Source: a virus. Taken from it: a DNA stretch of 64,000 nucleotides. The notes beneath the pieces are model-generated. The model saw only the letters and a list, made by a program, of their open reading frames with translations, had not been told where the DNA came from and did no database searches. The stretch covers positions 1 through 64,000 of the IMG/VR virus record IMGVR_UViG_3300017788_000011. The stretch is one strand, 5' to 3'. Below are positions 36,965 through 46,929 of this stretch, piece after piece; the stretch's first letter is position 1; each line of letters begins with the position of its first letter. Made by a program: the position numbers and the translations under genes.

Positions 36965-36969
36965 ACATT

Positions 36970-38046
36970 ATGGCATTAGAACCCATTGACTTCAGTGATA
37001 TTACTCCAGGTAAACCTATTCGAACCTACGACGAAACTGGCAAATGGCGAGACTGGTCAACTGACGAAATAGTTGCTCAAAAATTAAATTTCTATCGAGG
37101 TTGGTATTGTGGAGCAGGTGTTGAAAACTTGTCTATCAACATGGACGGAGATGTGTTTGTTGCTACCTGTCAAAATCATGGAAAGTTAGGTAACATATTC
37201 GAAGATTTTACCATTCCCGACGATTGGACTGTTTGTTATAAACCGGTGTGTTCTTGTGGGGCTGATCTGTTTATACCAAAAGCCAAAACAAAAAGACAGA
37301 CAATTTTTTTAAGAAAACATCACGGACAGCCCACACATACTGCTCTTCAAGACAGTTCTCAAACAGAGTTTGTGGCCGCAGAAAGAACTCATTCTACTAA
37401 TGTAAAACAAGTATATTGGGAAGTGGGTCGTAGATGCAATTACGACTGTGGTTATTGCTTGCCTTGGATTCATAACAACACTGACCCGCATAAAAGTCTC
37501 GAAGTGCTTATGGAAGCAACAAAAAAACTTGAAGCAAAGTTTATCAAAGGCAGCAAAGTTAATTTTATCATCAGCGGAGGGGAGCCTACTGCTAACAAGC
37601 ATTTTCTCGATTGGGTTAGGTATCTAAATTCCCAAGGTCATCATATCAGTTTACATTCAAACGGTAGTAGATTACCTAAATACTATAAAGAGATAATTCA
37701 CTACGGTGATTTAAATCTTTCAGTGCATTTTGAATTTTACGATAAAGAAAAATTTATAAAAGTAGTGGAGGCAGTGGTATTAGAAAAAATGGGTACTGTT
37801 GAACGAACCGGTCATTTGGAAATCAAAGTAATGACGCCAGCAGGCTGTCTCGACCAAGCATTAGATTTAGAGGATTCTTTGAAAAAGATTCCTGGATTTG
37901 TAAATTACTGTACCTGGGCATTTGTTCCGATACGGGGAACTATGGACAATAAAAACTTCAAGAGACACCAATCAAAATTTGTCGACGAAATCATGCCCGA
38001 TTATACCGAACATGAAATTAAATTCTTTGGTGCAAGAAACCCTTAA
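36970..38046 (+). CDS. radical SAM protein with N-terminal SPASM/twitch-like domain
   Basis: N-terminal CGAG...DGDVFVATC...LGNI...CYKPVCSC; core CNYDCGYC, SGGEP, SNG, SVH. Confidence 0.85.
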   Translation: MALEPIDFSDITPGKPIRTYDETGKWRDWSTDEIVAQKLNFYRGWYCGAGVENLSINMDGDVFVATCQNHGKLGNIFEDFTIPDDWTVCYKPVCSCGADLFIPKAKTKRQTIFLRKHHGQPTHTALQDSSQTEFVAAERTHSTNVKQVYWEVGRRCNYDCGYCLPWIHNNTDPHKSLEVLMEATKKLEAKFIKGSKVNFIISGGEPTANKHFLDWVRYLNSQGHHISLHSNGSRLPKYYKEIIHYGDLNLSVHFEFYDKEKFIKVVEAVVLEKMGTVERTGHLEIKVMTPAGCLDQALDLEDSLKKIPGFVNYCTWAFVPIRGTMDNKNFKRHQSKFVDEIMPDYTEHEIKFFGARNP

Positions 38047-38996
38047 ATCTTTATCTTAGTAGACATAATGTCATAGTTACAATGACACATAGTTTTAGTA
38101 CAGACTATAGGATCTACTTCTAACAGTTGTTCTTGTTCTATATGTCCGATCGGACCGCCAACTTTACACCAGCCTCTATAAATTCGACCATCCATATCAA
38201 CAATTAACTGTTCGACACCTGCGAAACATTTCCACCCGCTCCAGTCATTAGTTTTTTCTGCGATAAATCGATGAGCACTTTTTACCTGACTGGTGCCGTC
38301 TGTATATACTTCACGCATGGCTCCTCTATAATATTGAACCTTTTTGGTAAATTTAATTTTTTTAGAAAAAAGTTCGTGTTGCTTATCAAAAATTTCTTGT
38401 TGTTCCGCAGTGTATTCGTATAGTGTATCACCAAAATCGACTATCAAAGGCTGTAATGCCATGGAAATATTATCAATTTCAGTTACACGATTAGCCACAG
38501 AACAGCAAGCATCAAACTTTTCAGGACTCATCATAATATTAACATGAGTTCTAACAGTGTCATGCAATAATTTTACTACACTGATAAAATGTTCAACATC
38601 GGAAAATTCAGGATGATAACTTAGGCAGACATGATCAAGATATTGCGTATGTTCTTCCCAGAATCTGATAGTGCGGGATCCGTTGCTGATAATGCCAACT
38701 CGTACATCGTTGTCGTTGCAAAATTTGCACAGATCAGTGAAGTGTTTGTATAAAGTAACTTCGCCGCCGGTAAATTCAAAATAGATTTTCTTATTAGGAT
38801 GTTGTTGTTTTAATTTCAGAACAAAACGTTTTACAACATCTATGTCCGGCCACCGTTTGGAGCCATCGTGTAACCCCGACGGACAATAACTGCATTTAAA
38901 ATTGCAGGTATTTCCAAGACACCAATTGACTACAAACCAATTATTATGATCTTGATTAGAGTGTACTAATCTAATAGGAATATTAATCGGCTCCAC
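38043..38996 (-). CDS. radical SAM protein with C-terminal SPASM/twitch-like domain
   Basis: CNFKCSYC, TGGE, SNGSR, SYH; C-terminal CFAG...DGRIYRGWC...IGHI...CTKTMCHC. Confidence 0.88.
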   Translation of the reverse strand: MEPINIPIRLVHSNQDHNNWFVVNWCLGNTCNFKCSYCPSGLHDGSKRWPDIDVVKRFVLKLKQQHPNKKIYFEFTGGEVTLYKHFTDLCKFCNDNDVRVGIISNGSRTIRFWEEHTQYLDHVCLSYHPEFSDVEHFISVVKLLHDTVRTHVNIMMSPEKFDACCSVANRVTEIDNISMALQPLIVDFGDTLYEYTAEQQEIFDKQHELFSKKIKFTKKVQYYRGAMREVYTDGTSQVKSAHRFIAEKTNDWSGWKCFAGVEQLIVDMDGRIYRGWCKVGGPIGHIEQEQLLEVDPIVCTKTMCHCNYDIMSTKIKI

Positions 38997-39885
38997 CTTT
39001 TAACCTTCTTGGAATATGAGTAACTGTGGATTTAAAAAACTTAGAACCATTGGCATCGAGATCTGCTATTTCTAATCTAAGACTACTGCGAATAATATCA
39101 CCGAGCCTTACAATTTCATTGTTTAGATCACTGTCAGTGTTAGGTTTTGTCTCGTCAAACAATGTTTTAAGATATTCAAAGTCTCTGACATTTGCGTAAT
39201 CCCAATCAGTACAATATGCCATATGCAAGCCTTGTCTGGCTCCATACACTGACCAAAGCCCATTCTTAACGTCAGCGCCGATGGTGCACCAAATTAACAA
39301 TCTGCGATAATTCTGTCTCCAAACTTTTCTAAGGTCATCAACTTTGAATCCCTGATCAAGACCCATTTTAACACCCTCACGAAACCCTGCTCGCCATGCT
39401 TGAAAAGGTGTTGAGTTAGTAAAACTTTCAGAATATCGTTCGTTGAATTGATAATATCGTTGATCAAAACAAAATTCGACTTTATTTCTCTCATCGTGCG
39501 GCAACGCATTTTCGTGTGTTTTCATATTATTAACAAATTCTCTTGTCCATAATTTTAAACCACCGTTTCCATATTCGAGACCGTTAACATGGATTCTTCC
39601 GCACCAACTGAACACATAAGATTCGTCTAATCCAAGTTCGTCGAAATCAATTTCTACATTAAGATAATCAGGTTCAATGATGTTATCTGCATCTACTGTG
39701 GTAAAATATTCGGTGTCGCTGATGGCGGCACAGGCTTTGTGTGCGGCATCCGAACCTTTGACTCCATGTACACGTTTAGCCCAGGGCACTTTGTTTAATA
39801 AGTCTACATAATTTTCTTCAGCATTGGGTTCATCGTAACTTAAAAATACAATGTCTTGGTCTATAATTTTAATTTTTTTATTCAT
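38983..39885 (-). CDS. GT-A-like glycosyltransferase
   Basis: DIVFLSYDEPNA, TVDADN, NGLEYGNGGLKLW, AWRAGFREG. Confidence 0.65.
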   Translation of the reverse strand: MNKKIKIIDQDIVFLSYDEPNAEENYVDLLNKVPWAKRVHGVKGSDAAHKACAAISDTEYFTTVDADNIIEPDYLNVEIDFDELGLDESYVFSWCGRIHVNGLEYGNGGLKLWTREFVNNMKTHENALPHDERNKVEFCFDQRYYQFNERYSESFTNSTPFQAWRAGFREGVKMGLDQGFKVDDLRKVWRQNYRRLLIWCTIGADVKNGLWSVYGARQGLHMAYCTDWDYANVRDFEYLKTLFDETKPNTDSDLNNEIVRLGDIIRSSLRLEIADLDANGSKFFKSTVTHIPRRLKGGAD

Positions 39886-40495
39886 GTGTTTCTATTAAAG
39901 TATAAAAGTTAAATCCTCGGCGCACAGTAACTACATCCGTTGGATGTTTCTCAACATCTGATTCAAAAGAAAATCCTATACGTTCTTCCTGAGCAAGTTC
40001 GTATATATTAATGCTGAAACTTCTGTACAAAATATTAGGATCGTTAGATTTAACTATGAAAAAATCATGATTGTACTTTGCACCATTAGCATCTATAACC
40101 GACTGTCTACTTTCTTTGGAAATCCTAAAATACCAGCATCGATCTTTTAGATTTTTTTCTACAATAACTTCAGACTGTTCAGTTAGGGGATCTCTGGGAA
40201 TTATAAAAAGGCGGCCACCGTCTGAGGAAATATCCTCTCGTTTGTTTACAATCAGCGATTGTTTATTATTTAAAAAAACAATCTTAAAATCTGAGGGAAT
40301 TTTTTTACCGGTAAGGAAATCTTCAACCATGATTAACGGCATAGGAACCATACCGTCTTCACCGGGATCCATCTGCTCGTTTGAAATAGTTTTTACAGTA
40401 CCATCTACTTTATCAAAGTAGAGATACATTTGATTAGATACAGTGTCGTTAAAATCAGGAACTAAGTCTTCATCTTCATCTATTATGTTTTTCAT
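39878..40495 (-). CDS. hypothetical protein
   Basis: GAGG RBS before ATG 40495; lies in the GT operon. Confidence 0.7.
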   Translation of the reverse strand: MKNIIDEDEDLVPDFNDTVSNQMYLYFDKVDGTVKTISNEQMDPGEDGMVPMPLIMVEDFLTGKKIPSDFKIVFLNNKQSLIVNKREDISSDGGRLFIIPRDPLTEQSEVIVEKNLKDRCWYFRISKESRQSVIDANGAKYNHDFFIVKSNDPNILYRSFSINIYELAQEERIGFSFESDVEKHPTDVVTVRRGFNFYTLIETHE

Positions 40496-41324
40496 ACTTT
40501 TCCTCAATCATTTTAACAACACTCTTGGTTAAAAATTCTTCTTCGACGTAATGAAAAATTCCAGTCTGGCTGCAATTACCTATTTTTAATCTACAATCTT
40601 CATCCATGGAAACATTAACAAAATCAGACCATTTGCCTGGAGGATTTTTCCATCCTTGAATTGCCGGCTTCATATGAACAAATGTTGGTATTGGTATTGT
40701 AGATGCAACTGTGTCAGAAACATTTAGTATTTTTGCAGTAATAGCACTGCTGACATCCATGCTCATCCATTTTTGAGTATCTTTGGGTGTAACTTTTTGA
40801 TATATTTCTTGCCAATTTTTGCAAACTGTTTCTAACATAGAGTAAAATTCTAATGCAAAATCAGATTTTTTAAAGTAATGAAATCCAAAATATAAATTAG
40901 GAAGACCGTTGTTTAAAAAAGTTTTTCTATACACTGCATCTTCTACTGGTTTGTTTCTATAAGTTTTAACCTGAGAGGCAAACAATAAGTCATGCTGTTC
41001 TAAAAAATTCCATTGGTGTTCTACGCTGTCGAGAAACAGCATGTCAGCATCAAGTACCACAGTTTCTTCATAAGGACTTACATGAAACAGTTTCCATCTG
41101 TTTTCAACTTTCCATTCTGATCCTACTGCCAAGTCACTCCACGGTATACGAATAATATGATCAAATAGATGTTGATACTTTTCAGGGATAACATCATTAG
41201 TTACCAATGATACAGAATTTATCGTTGGTTGAGTGAGTTTTATTGTCATAGCCAGGACAACTGCCTGCATGACATAGTTAACTTTTAAACTATTCTGGGC
41301 TAAGATTAGGTAACCGCGATTCAT
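40476..41324 (-). CDS. GT-A (GT8-like) glycosyltransferase
   Basis: SPYEETVVLDADMLF, FHYFKK, FVHMK. Confidence 0.75.
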   Translation of the reverse strand: MNRGYLILAQNSLKVNYVMQAVVLAMTIKLTQPTINSVSLVTNDVIPEKYQHLFDHIIRIPWSDLAVGSEWKVENRWKLFHVSPYEETVVLDADMLFLDSVEHQWNFLEQHDLLFASQVKTYRNKPVEDAVYRKTFLNNGLPNLYFGFHYFKKSDFALEFYSMLETVCKNWQEIYQKVTPKDTQKWMSMDVSSAITAKILNVSDTVASTIPIPTFVHMKPAIQGWKNPPGKWSDFVNVSMDEDCRLKIGNCSQTGIFHYVEEEFLTKSVVKMIEEKYEKHNR

Positions 41325-42160
41325 TGATTATACATCCTGATTAAACTTTGCTTATTCATTACGTGAACATCAAGCCCTTGTGTTTTTATCAATGTATAAC
41401 AGCCGAGACTTTCTTGTTTTTCAACAAGGAAACGCATTTTGTCGTTTTTTATTTCCCATAAAATATCTCTATCTGTTATATAATACATTCTTCCTGGAAG
41501 ATTTTTTGCAAAATCACCGTCGGTTAATCCGTTCATATAATGAATGGCAATGCTGAAGGCATGATCATTTCTAAATAAAGAACTCTCAAATTCAAATAAC
41601 AATTTAAAGTATGTCCAGTTTTCGTGAATATGTTTTATATAATCAAAGAATATTTCAGTGGCAGCAGTTTTTCTAAAATAAAAAACTGTGGCCCAATAAA
41701 AGTCAATGCTTTTATCACTAAGAACTTGAAACTCTGAGGGCTTCCTCCATACTGCTAAGTCTACAGAGTCTTTGTAAATTAAAAAATCATCTGGGGATCC
41801 CCAACATCCGTTTAATACATCTGAACAGATCAAATAATCTGCATCAATTACCAATGTTTCTTTGTACGGACTGATATCAAACGATCTAACTCTTAATTGA
41901 TTTTTCCAGGACATTGATCTGTATACTATTGATCCGTCATAAAATCGCTTTTGTTGTTTGGTTAGATCTTTTCCTTCAATTATTTTATCAAATAATGTTG
42001 AACTATCTGGATGAAGTTCTAACAGACTTTTTTTATCGTTGGTAACTATAGTAACCGGTTTATCTAAATATCGTTTGGCACGTTTGGCTGCTTCGACGGC
42101 TAATTGATTATAATCAATACTACCGTTGTTCTGTGCAAAAATTAAAATTCCTTGACTCAT
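41321..42160 (-). CDS. GT-A (GT8-like) glycosyltransferase
   Basis: SPYKETLVIDADY, WATVFYFRK, FRNDHAFSIA, HVMNK; paralog of the adjacent gene. Confidence 0.75.
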   Translation of the reverse strand: MSQGILIFAQNNGSIDYNQLAVEAAKRAKRYLDKPVTIVTNDKKSLLELHPDSSTLFDKIIEGKDLTKQQKRFYDGSIVYRSMSWKNQLRVRSFDISPYKETLVIDADYLICSDVLNGCWGSPDDFLIYKDSVDLAVWRKPSEFQVLSDKSIDFYWATVFYFRKTAATEIFFDYIKHIHENWTYFKLLFEFESSLFRNDHAFSIAIHYMNGLTDGDFAKNLPGRMYYITDRDILWEIKNDKMRFLVEKQESLGCYTLIKTQGLDVHVMNKQSLIRMYNQ

Positions 42161-42504
42161 ATTGCAGTTAATTTATCAATCGATCGAGTTTTAATTTGTT
42201 GAGATTTAGTATGGTACTCGTTTGATGCTGAAGTATATTTGTCAAGTATATCAGTTAAGAAAGTTTTAATGTTACCTATTTGTATAGGATTGTTATTTTT
42301 ATCAATCAGTACAAATTCGCTGTCATATCCCATGTCAACTACTGTTTTAACAAATGTAATTAACTCGGGCTGTGCTGAAAATACGCCACCGTTTTGGTAA
42401 TGCACTGTTGCCTGCTGAAATTCTTCAAAAAATATCTGCTTTTGATTAGATATTGTTGTCATTAGATTTATAGATTCTAATGCTTTTTCGAAACGATCGT
42501 CCAT
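42157..42504 (-). CDS. hypothetical phage protein
   Basis: 115 aa; NGGVF, LIDKNNNPI. Confidence 0.7.
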   Translation of the reverse strand: MDDRFEKALESINLMTTISNQKQIFFEEFQQATVHYQNGGVFSAQPELITFVKTVVDMGYDSEFVLIDKNNNPIQIGNIKTFLTDILDKYTSASNEYHTKSQQIKTRSIDKLTAI

Positions 42505-42517
42505 AGATACTCCAAGG

Positions 42518-42555
42518 TAAAATAGTATTATACTATTTTATCCTTTAAAGAACAA
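42518..42555 (-). promoter_or_regulatory. sigma70-like promoter with palindrome centred on the -10 box
   Basis: TTGTTC-17 nt-TATAAT; TAAAATAGTA-3 nt-TACTATTTTA perfect 10-bp inverted repeat. Confidence 0.6.
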
Positions 42556-42569
42556 GAGGTTTTGGTTTT

Positions 42570-43574
42570 TTAAGTTAAATTAGAACCCGGGCCCAATGAA
42601 GCACCGAGGCCGCGAACATTGACATTAGGGCCAGATGGTCTAAACGCTTGAACATAACTGGTAAAGGGACTAACCAATTCGTCATTTCTTATTCGAGGTG
42701 GATTAAACACACCCACAGAATCATCTCGATACTCAATTCTAAAAGTTATTAATGTAGCACCGCCTTGAAAATTGTCTGCAACATTACATTTGGCTTTAAT
42801 AACTAAATCGTTTTCCGCATAAACACCTGCTTCTGCTTCTTTACCAAATATAAATTGATACGTATCTGTTAAATCATAAAATCCAACTGTGGAATTGTTA
42901 CCGGTTGGGGCTGTAGTATCGGCATAGTCAAAGATAACCACGTTAGGTCTTAGTGCGCCGCCGTAGTATGATGTGTAAAATGGATCATCATTTGAAAAAA
43001 TCTTTTCCCAAGAGGCGTTCTTTGCCACACTTGCGGCCGGTTCGCCTGTGCGATTCAATACAGAGTAAAAACGAAGTTGTCCGCCAGCATTGAAAAAATA
43101 TCTAAAGTTGGCTGCTTTTCCTGCGCCGTCTGCAGACGATATTACTCTAATTTCATGAATTTTAACTGCTCTCCACTGAACGGTCTGACTGGCAGTGTGT
43201 ATTGTGGATAATGTTCCCTGACTTGGGGCACAAACATATCTGTCATCTCTTATCAATCTACGCATATTGTCATATTGGTTGCGTAGTTCCTCTGTGATAA
43301 GATCAGCAGTAGTAGGTCTTAAAAGATTTAAACCGTCAAGAGAATTAGATTCGCCAATACCTTGTCCAGTCTGATGTCTTCGAATACGAATCATATCGTT
43401 GCGTAATCGTAACCAGTCATTTAGAAGAATACGCTGGGCGACTGTTCTCGGAGTACTTTGACGATCTCCCTGGCCGTAGCCATCTCTACCAGCACCCGGT
43501 CCCAGAGTTAATTCAATTCTACTTTGGATTTGGTTATAATCCGCTGCTAATATTTTGTTGCCTACACCAGCCAT
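42570..43574 (-). CDS. putative tail/baseplate structural protein
   Basis: ILAADYNQIQ..GYGQ, RYFFNAGGQLR; follows the tail fibre genes. Confidence 0.6.
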   Translation of the reverse strand: MAGVGNKILAADYNQIQSRIELTLGPGAGRDGYGQGDRQSTPRTVAQRILLNDWLRLRNDMIRIRRHQTGQGIGESNSLDGLNLLRPTTADLITEELRNQYDNMRRLIRDDRYVCAPSQGTLSTIHTASQTVQWRAVKIHEIRVISSADGAGKAANFRYFFNAGGQLRFYSVLNRTGEPAASVAKNASWEKIFSNDDPFYTSYYGGALRPNVVIFDYADTTAPTGNNSTVGFYDLTDTYQFIFGKEAEAGVYAENDLVIKAKCNVADNFQGGATLITFRIEYRDDSVGVFNPPRIRNDELVSPFTSYVQAFRPSGPNVNVRGLGASLGPGSNLT

Positions 43575-43586
43575 TTTTGTCCCTTA

Positions 43587-45059
43587 TTATAATATAACTG
43601 ATTCAATTAATTTTACACTGGTGTCGTCACTTGTGTCAAGTGCCACTCCAAAAACTTCAGTATAGTTATGGGGTTCTGCCCGAACTGCACATCCATTATT
43701 GGTTGGGACAAGTCTATCTCCTTTTCGAATCTTTCCAATTATTTTTACAGGAACTCGACCTTTAAGTGCCACATACTGGCCGCCTTCAAGGTCACTGTTC
43801 ATTTTGAAAGCAGGCTTACCGGAAATTACACCTATGGCCTTATCTCCCGACATTGATTCACGAACTTCGGCCGATCCGCCAACTGAAACTACTGTACCGA
43901 TATCATAATCCTGATCTGTTAAATATTTTTCTGCTAAGTCGGCGTATCTTGCTGACGTTGCTGTTCCCTCAAAGAGGTTAGCGGAAATATTTCCGGATCC
44001 GTCTCTACCAGCAATAGTATTAGCAGTTGCCGCTGTAGAGGCTGTTCGATAAGTTCCGCCGAGATTCAACGCATCAGAGCGTGTTGCAGTTCCATCGAAT
44101 CCGTAGGCGTAGATAGTTTTAAACTTGGCCACTGGAGAGCCAATATCATGAACATTATCTGAACCTGGTAAAACATGATTACCTACCAATCGCAAAGGAG
44201 TAGTAGAGGCTGTTCCGCCGACGGTAGTTCTAAATTCAATTGTAGTTCCAATTTGATTTTGAATTACTGGAGTATTACCACCAACAACAGAAACTTTTAA
44301 GTCATCGTCATCACCAACTGTAAAACCAAAATCTGTAAAGGAAGCCAGACCTTGAAACGCCGCATTTACACTGGTAATGTACTCTAAGGCTAATTTTCCG
44401 CCGAGACGTAGCGAATCCGATGCTGTGCCCCAATATACAAATTCTGAACCGACGTTTGCTACACCAGTTACATCATTGGTATAGGCCAGTGTGGTTCCTT
44501 TTTTAATTTTTGTAAAACCGGTTATCGGATTTACTGCGGAATCAAGAATAAATTCATCTTTGCTGATGACAAAAATTACAGCATCATCTGCAACTGCTTC
44601 AATACAGGGATGATCAACACCAAATACATCACGCAGATTACGTGAACGCATTTGAGTAGTACCTGCGCCTTGAACACCCTGCGGGCCAACAAGGATAAAT
44701 TCTGTTCCGTTCCAAACACTTATTTGATCGTTAGCAGTGTCAAACCAAAGGTCGCCGGATGTAAGTCCAGTAGGGGCTGTGGCTGAAACTTCTGCGCCAC
44801 CTGTGGTTCTGAATTTTGCACCATCGTAAAATTTTAGTTTTTTAGAACTACTATCAAACCAAACTTGTCCGCTGATTTTTTTACCGGGTGGGTTTGGTCC
44901 GGCGAAATTTTCCAGCAAAAATACAAAATTTTCGTTTTGTATTTCACCGTAACCCGCATAGTTTTTACCGATTAACTTAATATCGAGCGTACTATCAACT
45001 GTACCGTCCTCAACAACCGCTATCGGTGTACCATCATAACGATCAATATTATAAGCCAT
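43587..45059 (-). CDS. tail fibre protein with C-terminal autocleaving chaperone-like domain
   Basis: Shared N-terminal LIGKNYAGYG..NENF..LLENFA; ARYADLAEKY and VALKGRVPVK chaperone motifs. Confidence 0.75.
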   Translation of the reverse strand: MAYNIDRYDGTPIAVVEDGTVDSTLDIKLIGKNYAGYGEIQNENFVFLLENFAGPNPPGKKISGQVWFDSSSKKLKFYDGAKFRTTGGAEVSATAPTGLTSGDLWFDTANDQISVWNGTEFILVGPQGVQGAGTTQMRSRNLRDVFGVDHPCIEAVADDAVIFVISKDEFILDSAVNPITGFTKIKKGTTLAYTNDVTGVANVGSEFVYWGTASDSLRLGGKLALEYITSVNAAFQGLASFTDFGFTVGDDDDLKVSVVGGNTPVIQNQIGTTIEFRTTVGGTASTTPLRLVGNHVLPGSDNVHDIGSPVAKFKTIYAYGFDGTATRSDALNLGGTYRTASTAATANTIAGRDGSGNISANLFEGTATSARYADLAEKYLTDQDYDIGTVVSVGGSAEVRESMSGDKAIGVISGKPAFKMNSDLEGGQYVALKGRVPVKIIGKIRKGDRLVPTNNGCAVRAEPHNYTEVFGVALDTSDDTSVKLIESVIL

Positions 45060-45084
45060 TTGCTAAAGCCCCTTGTTCCTTTTA

Positions 45085-45091
45085 TATTTAT
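45085..45091 (-). promoter_or_regulatory. putative late promoter core ATAAATA
   Basis: Minus strand, upstream of the tail fibre gene. Confidence 0.5.
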
Positions 45092-46929
45092 TAAACTAAA
45101 CTTGCTATGTCTGACTGGTAAACCCAGGATCCTGCCACTACTTGATAGCGTTTTATTACCCTTGTAACCGTTATTATCGCATCTCCTGCATTAATCGGGT
45201 TAGTTTGAATGTTTTGTATCACATTCTGATTGTTTGTACCACCATTTTTATCCACCAATACTGTGGTATATTCGATACTGTAATCATCAGGATCTAATGC
45301 ACTGCCAATAGTTAGTGGAATCGCACTGTAACTGACTGCTGTAACGGTGCAATGAATATTTGCGTTAGTGCCGTTGGCAAAGGTACTTGACGGGGCTATT
45401 TGATTTAATGCTACAGCAATCTGCGAGTTATTCAACCCTGTAATATCCATGGTTAGCGCAATATTTCTGGCGCTGATGGCCAAATCAACATAACCTTTGT
45501 TTGCAATTACTGCGGCAGTGCCAGAGTTCGCATTGGCTGTATATGTAGTGGCATTTGAAACTTGCAGTACTCCGGTTCCAGTAGTGGAAAAGGTGATGGT
45601 TCCATTAGATGCTGTATTACTTATAGTGCTGCCGTCAATGTTAATATCATCAACTTGCAAAGATAACATATTGCCTACAGAACGCAATCCTGGTGCTGAA
45701 ACTACGCTGGTACCTAATGCTGTTTCTGATAAAACCTCAACATCATTAACCTTGTAAGTTTTTCCTGTGGCTAAATTTAAATGCTCTGAAGATTTCCAAC
45801 TTTGACTGCTGTTATTAAACAAGAAAGATTTGTTTGAAGAGCTTTCAAGAATAATTCCGCCGTTATTGGCTGCAGAATCGCTGACAGTGCCCTGTCCTAC
45901 TATTATGTTCTTGTCTTTGATAGTTAAATTGTTTGACGAAATAGTAGTAGTTGTTCCTTCAACTGTTAGGTTTCCACCAATGATAACATTGCCATCAACG
46001 TCAAGTGTAGCAGAAGGTGCTGTATTAAAAATACCGATTCGTCGGGTTTCTGAGTCAATGAATAACACAGATTCGGGCTGTCCTGGAACAGCCGCATTAG
46101 AACTTCTTATTTTAAAATTATAATTTTGATTAGTGATATTAGTGGCAAATTCTATATTTTCATCAACAATAGATACTGATGCATCGTTTAAGTTTCCGAT
46201 AGTAATACCACTGTTGCTCTGTACGTTTAGTCTAAATCTTGTTGTGCCTTCTTTATAAGTAGGCAAAAAGGAATCCGCATTACGGGCTACACCACCTGTA
46301 TCGACCAAGGATTCAGCCGCAGAAACTGTGGTATATATTTTAAAGTTTGCCAACGCAATATTAAGACCTATCTTAATATCACTGTTTTGTAATCCCGGAA
46401 TAGGATCTTTAACTGTAAATTCTTCTTTGGCTATAACTCCAAGTAAAACATTTCCTAAATAAAGTTTTAAAATGTTATGTGAAACGCCGTTAGTGTCGAC
46501 TTCAGTAGTTGTTAAGAATCCCGAACGACCCTGTAATGCAGTGTATACAGGACCTGCTAAAATATCATCTCGTCCATCATAAAACCAAACTTGATCGAGT
46601 CTACTGTCGATCCAGATATCTCCAGCAACCATGTCTTGCGGACGGGAAGGAGATACAATAGGAGCACCGCTGGTTCTAAAAATATTTCCGTCGTAGATTT
46701 TTAATCTGGATTCATTAGTATCATACCACAACTGTCCTCTAAGGGGATTAGTTGGACGAGCATCGCTGGCAAAATTTTCAAGTAACTTTACAAAATTTTC
46801 ATTGATATATTCACCAAAGCCGCTGAAATTTTTGCCTATTAAAGTTATGTCAGTTGACAACTGATCAATAGTACCATCTACTAATTCAGTTAAGAGCGTG
46901 GCATCTGTTTTATTAATTTTATATGTCAT
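45091..46929 (-). CDS. tail fibre/baseplate-anchored fibre protein
   Basis: Same N-terminal module (GQLWYD); RIGIFNTAPSATLDVDGN; ANKGYVD. Confidence 0.72.
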   Translation of the reverse strand: MTYKINKTDATLLTELVDGTIDQLSTDITLIGKNFSGFGEYINENFVKLLENFASDARPTNPLRGQLWYDTNESRLKIYDGNIFRTSGAPIVSPSRPQDMVAGDIWIDSRLDQVWFYDGRDDILAGPVYTALQGRSGFLTTTEVDTNGVSHNILKLYLGNVLLGVIAKEEFTVKDPIPGLQNSDIKIGLNIALANFKIYTTVSAAESLVDTGGVARNADSFLPTYKEGTTRFRLNVQSNSGITIGNLNDASVSIVDENIEFATNITNQNYNFKIRSSNAAVPGQPESVLFIDSETRRIGIFNTAPSATLDVDGNVIIGGNLTVEGTTTTISSNNLTIKDKNIIVGQGTVSDSAANNGGIILESSSNKSFLFNNSSQSWKSSEHLNLATGKTYKVNDVEVLSETALGTSVVSAPGLRSVGNMLSLQVDDINIDGSTISNTASNGTITFSTTGTGVLQVSNATTYTANANSGTAAVIANKGYVDLAISARNIALTMDITGLNNSQIAVALNQIAPSSTFANGTNANIHCTVTAVSYSAIPLTIGSALDPDDYSIEYTTVLVDKNGGTNNQNVIQNIQTNPINAGDAIITVTRVIKRYQVVAGSWVYQSDIASLV

